DNA of 31,982 nucleotides from a virus (taxonomy: Duplodnaviria; Caudoviricetes), in IMG/VR virus record IMGVR_UViG_3300037484_000157, positions 1 through 31,982 of that record; one strand, written 5' to 3'. Shown piece by piece: positions 17,413 through 24,394 of the stretch. The position numbers and the translations under genes were made by a program. The notes under the pieces were generated by a model that had not been told where the DNA came from, did not search any database, and was given only the letters and a program-made list of their open reading frames with translations. Within the stretch, counting starts at the first letter, position 1; each line of letters begins with the position of its first letter.

Positions 17413-18041
17413 TCGATCCAGGTCGCCGGCAGCGCCAAGACCAGCGGCTTGACCTGGTAGATAGCTCTGAGCAGCGCCAGGTGCTCGTCAGGCCCCCGAG
17501 CCCGCTCTGCCTGCCAGGCTGCCAGCATTTCCTCGGTCGCCTCGGTGCGCCGGACGAACATGGCCCCGCTCTGGTAGGCCGGCACCCGCAGGTCGTGGAT
17601 CAGTTCCGCGGTCAGCGCCCTCTCCGACTCGTCGCCCACCTCCGAGGCCAGCCCCTGCGCCGAGAGGAGCGGCACCGCGACCTCCCAGCGTTCGAGCAAC
17701 CCGAACCCCGCGCCGATGAGGTCGATCCTCAGCCGCACGTCCGCACTCCAGACCAGCGTGCGGTTCCAGGGGAGAGAGACGGGTCCATCCAGTGGGACGC
17801 CTTGTAGCCCGCCGCCATAACCGATCTTGTCCAGCCTGGCCTTCGCCTCGCCCACGGCACCCCGCACCAGGATGCCCGACCTGGCGTCGGCGTCCAGCTT
17901 GATCGGTCCGATGGCTCTGGCCGAGCCCTCGGCGATCCACTTCAAGGCAGCCTGCTTGCCCACCTCGACCCAGTCCCCCGGGCGATAGACCCGGCTGTCC
18001 AGTTGCTTGGCCTGGAGTAGCTGGACGTAGATGGCTCGCAC
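17409..18041 (-). CDS. Degenerate GT-A-like protein (no DxD) with a small N-terminal capsid-accessory-like domain
   Basis: C-terminal part is collinear with the neighbouring GT-A domains (QSGAMFVRR, DEHLALLRAIY, LPATW) but has WSAD in place of LDAD; strong AAAGGAGG RBS. Confidence 0.72.
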   Translation of the reverse strand: MRAIYVQLLQAKQLDSRVYRPGDWVEVGKQAALKWIAEGSARAIGPIKLDADARSGILVRGAVGEAKARLDKIGYGGGLQGVPLDGPVSLPWNRTLVWSADVRLRIDLIGAGFGLLERWEVAVPLLSAQGLASEVGDESERALTAELIHDLRVPAYQSGAMFVRRTEATEEMLAAWQAERARGPDEHLALLRAIYQVKPLVLALPATWIE

Positions 18042-18055
18042 CTCCTTTCCGCCTT

Positions 18056-18079
18056 GCCGGGCGAGTCGCCCCGCCCGGC
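18056..18079 (-). terminator. Stem-loop between the decoration gene and the glycosylation cassette (no U-tract)
   Basis: gccgggcg (18056-18063) / cgcccggc (18072-18079), perfect 8-bp inverted repeat in the intergenic gap. Confidence 0.5.
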
Positions 18080-18088
18080 TTGCCGTTG

Positions 18089-18529
18089 CTAGGTCACGTG
18101 CTCGGCGAGGTTGCTGTCGTCGACCGCCTGGAACCTCGGCTCGTAGCGCAGGATGATGGCCGAGGTCAGGCAGGCGACGTTGCCGCCCACGTTCAGAACG
18201 ACGTTGATCCAGTCGAAGTTGTTGCTCACGTCGAGCTCGCTGGTGTCGAGCTCGATCACGCAGATGACGTTGTCGTCGCCAGCGGCGAGGGTCGTGATCG
18301 ACTTGCCGGTGACGATCTTGGCCCCCGTGCCAGCATCGTCCTGAGCCTGCATGATCTTGAGGTCAACGGCGGCGGCGACCCCATTCAGCCCGCCGTTGTA
18401 GATGACGACAGCCTTGTGGTAGTCGCGCATCGAGAGCCACCCGGTCGTCGCCTCGGCCTCGGTCCGGCTCGCCGGGGAGATGGCCGTGATCTTGTGACCC
18501 TCGGTGAAATACTGAGTGACGTTGCTCAC
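18089..18529 (-). CDS. Putative capsid decoration/cement protein (146 aa)
   Basis: Immediately after MCP; beta-rich, TGWLSMRDY..IMQAQDDAGTGAK..FDWINVVL pattern. Confidence 0.7.
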   Translation of the reverse strand: MSNVTQYFTEGHKITAISPASRTEAEATTGWLSMRDYHKAVVIYNGGLNGVAAAVDLKIMQAQDDAGTGAKIVTGKSITTLAAGDDNVICVIELDTSELDVSNNFDWINVVLNVGGNVACLTSAIILRYEPRFQAVDDSNLAEHVT

Positions 18530-18543
18530 GTCTTTGCCTCCGA

Positions 18544-18567
18544 GGGGCGAGACTCACGCCTCGCCCC
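18544..18567 (-). terminator. Stem-loop directly after the major capsid gene (no clear U-tract)
   Basis: ggggcgag (18544-18551) / ctcgcccc (18560-18567), perfect 8-bp inverted repeat. Confidence 0.5.
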
Positions 18568-18586
18568 AACTTGTCGAACGCCCGGG

Positions 18587-19912
18587 CTAGCTGCCCGAGC
18601 CCGCGCCCAGAACCACGAACGGCGAGACGGTACTGGTGCCGTCCGCGAGGGTCAGCCAGTCCGAGAGCCAGGGCTGGCCGTCCACGCGATGCACGACTCG
18701 CCAGCTTGTCTGGTCGTAGGACCAGCGGTCGAACTTGGTGGACTCGACCGTCGTCGCCTGCCGGTCTCCGATGACGTAGTAGGACAGGTCGTACAAGCCG
18801 ACGTCGCCCCGCGAGCCAATGACCGGCGGCTTCTCCGACCAAACGACTGGATAACCGAAGATCGTGCCAGGGATTCCGTCCCGGGCGTTCGGGATCCAGA
18901 CGTAGGAGGCGTTTCCAGCCGGCCCTGACATCTGGATGAACTCGGAGAGGAGCGACTGGCTGATGACCCAGACGAAGCGCCCGCCGGGTAGCGCGTGCTC
19001 CATCATGTGAGCCAGGTCGGTGAAGTCCACCGCGTTGACGACGGCCCGCGGAACGACGATCGTGCAGCCGGCGTCGATCACGCCCAGCGGCTGGCCGGCG
19101 CCCGTGCCCCGGAGGAAGGCGTAATCTTCCATCCAGGCGACGCCGCCGGCGAAGCCGAACGGCCCGGAGAAGAAGGCTTCGAGGCTGATGGCCGAGTCGT
19201 CCACGAGCTCGTCGGACACTCGGGTGTAGCCGATGAGCTTGTGGGCCACCAGGCTCGCCTGCTTGAAGGCGGCGTCGGTCTCGGTCTTGGCGCTGGCCTC
19301 TTCGGCCCAGTAGAAGCGCATCCCGCCGAACCAGTGGGGCTGGCCGGCAGTCGTGCCGGTCTGATCGACGACGGGAATGTCGATCTGGCGCCGGCGCATC
19401 GGGATGACGGTCGCCCGCTGGCGGACGATGCTCCGCTCGGCGACCGCGGCCTGGAGCTGGGCCTGGAACTCGGCGGGGATCAGGAACCCACCGCCAGCGC
19501 CCGAGGCCCCGGACATATCCTTGGCCTCGACCGTGCCGATCCGCTCGTCGTTGTCCTTGAAGTAGACGAGGCGGGAGTCGGCGGCGCCTTTGTAGTTGGG
19601 GTTACCGGCCTCCCAGGTCTTGTAGAGGAACTCACCCCAACGCTTGAAGGTCGACGGGGCCAGGGAGCGCGGTCCCTGCTTGCGCTCGATCTCCTTGATG
19701 GCGTCGGGGCCGATGCCCGCCTCGAAGATCGACTTGAGGCTAACGGCCCGGGACTTGAGATCCTGAGCGTCGGCGAGCATCGCGGGAACGCGGTTGCGCT
19801 CCTCCTGGGTGCTCTCCTTGTTCGTCAGGATCTCATTCATCTCCTTGAACAGGTTGGCGCTTGCCGCGAGCATGTCTTCCCAGGTGCGCGGCAAGGTCGC
19901 AGTGATGACCAT
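18587..19912 (-). CDS. Major capsid protein, HK97 family (441 aa, with N-terminal delta/scaffold domain)
   Basis: GGFLIPAEF, WAEEAS.KTET, AHKL.GY.RVSDELVDDS, AFLRGTGAGQPLGV, GTIFGYPVV, RVDGQP. Ends LGAGSGS. Confidence 0.97.
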   Translation of the reverse strand: MVITATLPRTWEDMLAASANLFKEMNEILTNKESTQEERNRVPAMLADAQDLKSRAVSLKSIFEAGIGPDAIKEIERKQGPRSLAPSTFKRWGEFLYKTWEAGNPNYKGAADSRLVYFKDNDERIGTVEAKDMSGASGAGGGFLIPAEFQAQLQAAVAERSIVRQRATVIPMRRRQIDIPVVDQTGTTAGQPHWFGGMRFYWAEEASAKTETDAAFKQASLVAHKLIGYTRVSDELVDDSAISLEAFFSGPFGFAGGVAWMEDYAFLRGTGAGQPLGVIDAGCTIVVPRAVVNAVDFTDLAHMMEHALPGGRFVWVISQSLLSEFIQMSGPAGNASYVWIPNARDGIPGTIFGYPVVWSEKPPVIGSRGDVGLYDLSYYVIGDRQATTVESTKFDRWSYDQTSWRVVHRVDGQPWLSDWLTLADGTSTVSPFVVLGAGSGS

Positions 19913-19916
19913 GTGA

Positions 19917-21116
19917 CTACCTCCAGCCGATTAGGGTCTTGACCTCAGCCTCTTGCCGGTCGAGGTCAGCGAATGGGTCGCCTGGGTCGCTCGCCTCGCT
20001 GGAGGTGGGTGGCGTCACGTCCGGCCCGGCCGCCTCGGCTGCGCTGGCCTGAGCGGTGGGTGGCTCCGTGCCCGGCCCGGCCTTTTGCTCGGGCTGGCTA
20101 TCTAGCCCGGCCTGCTCTGTCGGCTCCGTCGCCGGCTGGGCAGGTGGGTTGGTCGCTTTCGGGGTGTCTGCTGGCTCTTCGTCGTCTGCCTGGGCAGACA
20201 TGTCCATCTCGCCCATCAGGTCGCGGAGGGCAGCCATCGCCGCCTCGATTTTGCTCAGCGTGGCCGCCGAGAGTCGACGGCCGGCCTTCGGCTCGACTGA
20301 CTGAGTAGCTGACAGGAGCCGCGCCGTGCAGATGGCAGTTAGCGCCTCTTCGATTGCCTGATCGACCACGGTGCCCACTCGTGAGCGAGCCTGGTCGAAC
20401 GCCCGCTGTGTAATCGCGGGCATCGTCGGGCCTTCGGCCGGCTGCTTGACCGCCGTTACCTTCGCCTGCTCATCGGCTGGGAAGGTGACGAGGCTGACTT
20501 CCCAGAGCCTGATCTCTTTGAGGAGGCGAACTGACTTGCCGCCAGCCATCTTGACGTACTCGGTGCCGCCGGGCAGGGCGTCATAGCCGATGCTCATGGA
20601 GTCGATGGCTCGATCCTTGAGGAGGGCCAGACAGTCACGGCCGAGTCGGGTGTCGCTGACCACGCCCTTGACGTAGAGGCCACGCTGGTCCTCGCGCAGC
20701 TCCTGGAACTTGCCGATGGGCTGGCTCGGGTCGTGCTGCCAGAGCATCCGCACCTTGCCGCCCCGCTCGGCGAGGCTCTTCTTGAAGGCGCCGCTGACGA
20801 CCATGTCGCCGGTGAGGTCAGGCTGGTCCTTTTCGGGGTTGCGGAATGTCGAGGCGTAGCCCTCGAAGGTGCGGCCGTCGGTGTCCACCTTGGTCAGCTC
20901 GAAGGGGACGATCTTGTGCTCTGGCATGGCCTGGCTATCCTCCTCCGCGCTGGCCTTGCTCCGGCCGGCGGCGTGAATGCAGGCGAAGATCGCCCGCTCT
21001 TCCGCGTTATCCCCACCCTCAGCCAGGACGGCGTTAGCCGCGGCGACGCAACGCCGGCGCTCGGACTCGCTCCAGTTCAGCGCCACTTTCGGCGGCTTTT
21101 GCACCGTCCAGGGCAT
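19917..21116 (-). CDS. HK97-family prohead protease with N-terminal ChaB-like helical domain and low-complexity C-tail
   Basis: Start reassigned to ATG 21116 (GGAGGG RBS); FEGYASTF, MLWQHD..PIG, MSIGY, LWEVSLVTFPA. Confidence 0.93.
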   Translation of the reverse strand: MPWTVQKPPKVALNWSESERRRCVAAANAVLAEGGDNAEERAIFACIHAAGRSKASAEEDSQAMPEHKIVPFELTKVDTDGRTFEGYASTFRNPEKDQPDLTGDMVVSGAFKKSLAERGGKVRMLWQHDPSQPIGKFQELREDQRGLYVKGVVSDTRLGRDCLALLKDRAIDSMSIGYDALPGGTEYVKMAGGKSVRLLKEIRLWEVSLVTFPADEQAKVTAVKQPAEGPTMPAITQRAFDQARSRVGTVVDQAIEEALTAICTARLLSATQSVEPKAGRRLSAATLSKIEAAMAALRDLMGEMDMSAQADDEEPADTPKATNPPAQPATEPTEQAGLDSQPEQKAGPGTEPPTAQASAAEAAGPDVTPPTSSEASDPGDPFADLDRQEAEVKTLIGWR

Positions 21117-21133
21117 CTCCCGACCCTCCAGGC

Positions 21134-21175
21134 AAAGCAAAACCCGGCTCGGGGGCACGTGGCCCACAAACCGGG
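21134..21175 (-). terminator. Putative intrinsic terminator directly upstream of the protease-capsid module
   Basis: Minus strand CCCGGUUUG-U-GGGC-CACGU-GCCC-C-CGAGCCGGG followed by UUUUGCUUU. Confidence 0.65.
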
Positions 21176-21206
21176 CGTACTGGACGCAACTAGGGCGCTA
21201 GGTCAC

Positions 21207-21500
21207 TCAGTCAACGCGCTTCGATACCTCCGGTCTGACGTACCAGACCCGGGACATCGGGCTGTATCCAGCCTGACCGGTCAAGCCGTCAAGGTTGAAT
21301 GGCGCGAGGGCTATCTCATCACCGCCAGGGAGGAACAACCTGTGAGAGTGCGGCGCGGCTGGGATGATCGCCATGTCGGTGTCCCAGACGGAAGCGGCGA
21401 GGTCGGCAGCCATCTCAGCAGAGAGTTTGCTGATATGCCCGCCATCATCGCCGACGATCACCTCACCGCTCTCCAAGTTCCAGAGTCGTACTAGCCTCAT
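21207..21500 (-). CDS. Hypothetical protein (97 aa)
   Basis: ATG with GGAGG RBS; in-operon orientation; no motif recognised. Confidence 0.6.
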   Translation of the reverse strand: MRLVRLWNLESGEVIVGDDGGHISKLSAEMAADLAASVWDTDMAIIPAAPHSHRLFLPGGDEIALAPFNLDGLTGQAGYSPMSRVWYVRPEVSKRVD

Positions 21501-21660
21501 TCGGGCGCACCTCCTGGCGCAACTTCACCAATTCCTCTACCGCTATCGCGTTCTGGTGCTTCTCGCCGTGGTGCCGGCTCTCGACGATGATACACCCGTT
21601 GACCAGCCGGGCGAACGGCAGGCCACAGCACTCGCACTTGAGCACCAGATCAGCGGTCAC
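21463..21660 (-). CDS. Small zinc-finger-like protein (65 aa; Mu Com-like?)
   Basis: LKCECCG.PFARL..IIVESRHHGEKHQN; GTGA-coupled to the upstream gene. Confidence 0.65.
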   Translation of the reverse strand: MTADLVLKCECCGLPFARLVNGCIIVESRHHGEKHQNAIAVEELVKLRQEVRPNEASTTLELGER

Positions 21661-21911
21661 TCCTCAACCTCACGCCGGACAATCGTTGCTCGTGGCCGGA
21701 TGACCGCCGACTCGGAAACCGCATCCATCAGTTGTTCTTGAAAGCCCTTGCGCCAAACCCAGGCTCGCTTGATGCGCCCTCGCCTGCGAAGCACGATGTC
21801 AAAGGACCAATACGGCTCATTGGGCACCAGGAAGCCACCCGCCTCCTCGTGTCGCGCATCATCCTGTCCCGCCATGATGCCCCGCAGAAACTCCCCCAGA
21901 CTGCCGCTCAC
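21657..21911 (-). CDS. 84-aa protein resembling the N-arm of the major capsid protein
   Basis: GGFLVPNE..FQEQLMDAVSESAVIRPRATIV matches MCP GGFLIPAEFQAQLQAAVAERSIVRQRATVI; GTGA overlaps on both sides. Confidence 0.7.
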   Translation of the reverse strand: MSGSLGEFLRGIMAGQDDARHEEAGGFLVPNEPYWSFDIVLRRRGRIKRAWVWRKGFQEQLMDAVSESAVIRPRATIVRREVEE

Positions 21912-22111
21912 GCCTTGACCTCGCTCGGCCCGACCTTGGCCCCTCGCTTGCCGACTAGTCGCGTTGCCAGCTTCGCCGCCTCTTCCCGGGACAGCCGGAC
22001 GTGGCCGCTCGCGTACAGGTGGTAGCCGTCCTCCTGCTCGACGACGCGGAGCAAGAGCGACTGGTAGACCACTCGGCCGACTGGCGACAGGCGAGGGGCA
22101 GAGTCGGTCAC
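21908..22111 (-). CDS. Hypothetical protein (67 aa)
   Basis: Start reassigned to GTG 22111 overlapping the MuF stop (GTGA) with GGAGG RBS: MTDSAPRLSPVGRVVYQ... Confidence 0.6.
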   Translation of the reverse strand: MTDSAPRLSPVGRVVYQSLLLRVVEQEDGYHLYASGHVRLSREEAAKLATRLVGKRGAKVGPSEVKA

Positions 22112-22968
22112 TGGCTGGCCTCCTGTATCACCGGGAGCACCGTGCATCGGCACTGGGCGATCTGGCTGAGCGGCGCTCCCAGGCTGCTGTCCCCAGGGTA
22201 CATCATGTGGTAGCCGCCCACGTCGAAGGGCTGGTCCATCGGCCTGACCTGGCCGCTCGCCGAGCGGTGGGCATCCCGCGTCCGCTCGTCGGCCGTGGCC
22301 AGCCACTCCTTTTGCTGCGCGCCGTAGTCGCGGAACAACTCGAAGCTCCCGGCGTTGCTCGCCCGCATGGTTTCTGTGCGGCTGATGATGTCCGTGCGCC
22401 TCTGCGGCGTCCTCGCGTCCAGCCAGGAGAAGTCCTCGGCCAATAGGTCACCCGTCGCCCACTGCCGGAACATCTGGCCCAGCCGCCGGCTCATCTTGTC
22501 GTGTGACCAGCCCTCGCGCATTCCCTGTTGCAGCACCTCGGAGACGCCGTCCGAGGTCGTCTGGCTGATCGGGTCGGCGAACTTCAGTGTGTAGTCCTCG
22601 AACCACTGGGACGCGAGCAGGTTCTCGACGTCGAACTCCAGGCCCAGGTTAGTACCCCACTGGGTGGCCTGGTCCGTGACGACGCCTTCGAGTAGCGGCA
22701 CGAACGTCTGCCGCCAACTCTCCTTGCTCTGCCCCTGTAGGTAGGCTGTCACGTCCTGCACCACCGATAGCCAGTTGATCGTCGCCTTGACTGCGAGCGC
22801 CTTGCCCCGGGCTTCCGAGACGAGGGCGAGCACCGCCCGCCGGTCAGCCTCGAAGGCACTCTCAGCCGCCTCCTCGAACCTGCTCTCCCAGGATGTCGCC
22901 GTCTTGTCCACGCCCTGCCAGAGTCGCTGCTTGGCCTCCTCTGACAGGCCCGACTTGCGGGCGGCCAC
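22108..22968 (-). CDS. Minor head protein, MuF/SPP1 gp7-like (start uncertain; possibly made as a portal fusion)
   Basis: ISRTETMRASN, KEWLATADERTRDAH, GQVRPMDQPF.VGG..MMYPGD, AQCRC. The nearest in-frame start is GTG 22968, without a good RBS. Confidence 0.88.
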   Translation of the reverse strand: MAARKSGLSEEAKQRLWQGVDKTATSWESRFEEAAESAFEADRRAVLALVSEARGKALAVKATINWLSVVQDVTAYLQGQSKESWRQTFVPLLEGVVTDQATQWGTNLGLEFDVENLLASQWFEDYTLKFADPISQTTSDGVSEVLQQGMREGWSHDKMSRRLGQMFRQWATGDLLAEDFSWLDARTPQRRTDIISRTETMRASNAGSFELFRDYGAQQKEWLATADERTRDAHRSASGQVRPMDQPFDVGGYHMMYPGDSSLGAPLSQIAQCRCTVLPVIQEASQ

Positions 22969-24394
22969 GAAAGGGACGGATGATGCTCTTGTGCGTGTCG
23001 CCCTCGGCCTCCGCCTGACTGCCGTCGCCCTGACCCTGGTCCTGCGCCGGCTCCTCTGCTTCAGTCGCGCCAGTCGCCGGCACCGTACTGCTGGCCGGCT
23101 TCGGCGCGCTCCCCACCGGCACGAGGTTGAGCGGGAGGTAGCCCGTGTCGCCACCCGGAATCGTCGGCACCTGGAGGCCGACCACCCTAACCGCCGTGTT
23201 AGCGGGCGTGCCCATCTGCCACAGCTTGTAGGCTCCGTCGATCTGCTTGCCGATGTCCTTCTGGAGGGCCGGCACCTGGCTGGTGTCGAAGCGCACCATC
23301 AGGCTAGCGTCCTCGCCGGTCAGGTAGTAGTCGAAGTTGGGCTCGTAGAGTTGGAGCTCGGGCAGGAACGTGTCCTGCCAGAAGGCGAGCCTGGCCTCGG
23401 CATAGTTGCTGTAGGTCGAGCGAGCCAGTCCGTAGCGCGTGCCCACCAGGATGGCCGGCACGCCGAATGGCGCGAGCACCCGGGATTCGTTCCTCTCGTC
23501 GATCGGGCCGAATCCCATCTGGTCAAAGGTCAGGCCGAGCTGCTTCACGTCGCCGGAGTCGTCTAGCACGCCGGGCTTCGTCCAGGACTCGGCACCGCCG
23601 TAGAGTTGCTGCCATCGCTGGCGCTTGGCGGCGATCTCCTCGTCGGTCATCGGCATGTTGAACTTGAGGATGATGTTGGTCATGGTGCCGCGCTCGAAGA
23701 ACACCTTGAGGTAGCGGGTCACCTGGTTGTCGGCGTCGGCGGACTGGGCGAGAGGCGAGATCGGGCTGAGACCGTGGCCCATGCCCTCCAGCGAGTCCAG
23801 CGGGTTCGGCAGCTTGACGTGCATCACGTCCTGGGGGAGCAGTGGAGCGCCGTCCAGCCAGGAGCGGTTCTCGGGGATGTAGAGGTAGCCTTTGAGGCCG
23901 CCGTTATCGTCGGGGATGATCTTCACCCGATCGGGCCGGAGCGGTCGCATCGCGGTAGGCAGGCCGCCTCTCGCCGGGCGGTCCATGTGGACGAACGTCT
24001 CGCCGGCCAGGTTGAAGTAGACGGTGTTCATCATCATGAACTCGCCGCCGGTCTGGTAGGCGTTCGGTCGGGCGAGTAGCTTGGTGAGCTCGTGGTCGGG
24101 CGGCAGCACTTCGGGCTGGTCGGGGTCGCCGGCGTAGGCGCGGAGGGGAGCCCCGATGACGGCCCGGGCCTTGTACTGGATGGCCGAGTAGATGACGGCG
24201 TTGAGGTTGTAGCCCTCCTCGACGTAGGACTGGTAGTCGCAGGCCTGCCAGAGGGGCTGGCCCGTGCGGAAGTCGGGCCAGATGAAGGGGGAGCGTTTGG
24301 TGTCCCAGCGGGGATCGCCGTGGCGGAAGAAGTCGACGGACCTCTTGAGCCGCCGCCAGAGAGAGGGGCGGTAGAGGTCGAGTGATCTAGCCAA
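22862..24394 (-). CDS. Portal protein, HK97 family (~510 aa)
   Basis: Start probably TTG 24394 overlapping the terL stop; LLARPNAYQTG.EF, PLRPDRVKI, VMHVK.PNP..GLSPI, FGVPAILVG, TYSNYAEA. Confidence 0.95.
   Translation of the reverse strand: MARSLDLYRPSLWRRLKRSVDFFRHGDPRWDTKRSPFIWPDFRTGQPLWQACDYQSYVEEGYNLNAVIYSAIQYKARAVIGAPLRAYAGDPDQPEVLPPDHELTKLLARPNAYQTGGEFMMMNTVYFNLAGETFVHMDRPARGGLPTAMRPLRPDRVKIIPDDNGGLKGYLYIPENRSWLDGAPLLPQDVMHVKLPNPLDSLEGMGHGLSPISPLAQSADADNQVTRYLKVFFERGTMTNIILKFNMPMTDEEIAAKRQRWQQLYGGAESWTKPGVLDDSGDVKQLGLTFDQMGFGPIDERNESRVLAPFGVPAILVGTRYGLARSTYSNYAEARLAFWQDTFLPELQLYEPNFDYYLTGEDASLMVRFDTSQVPALQKDIGKQIDGAYKLWQMGTPANTAVRVVGLQVPTIPGGDTGYLPLNLVPVGSAPKPASSTVPATGATEAEEPAQDQGQGDGSQAEAEGDTHKSIIRPFRGRPQVGPVRGGQAATLAGRGQDGDILGEQVRGGG

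Noticed and set aside
10036-18041. Cassette as a DNA hypermodification or restriction-modification system
   Set aside because: No DNA-MTase catalytic motifs, hydroxymethylase, TET/JBP, kinase or deazaguanine genes recognised, and it sits in the late head operon. Disfavoured, not excluded.
10036-18041. Cassette as a serotype-conversion (Gtr-like) moron
   Set aside because: No multi-pass membrane proteins or flippase, no independent promoter/terminator, and translational coupling to the neck gene.
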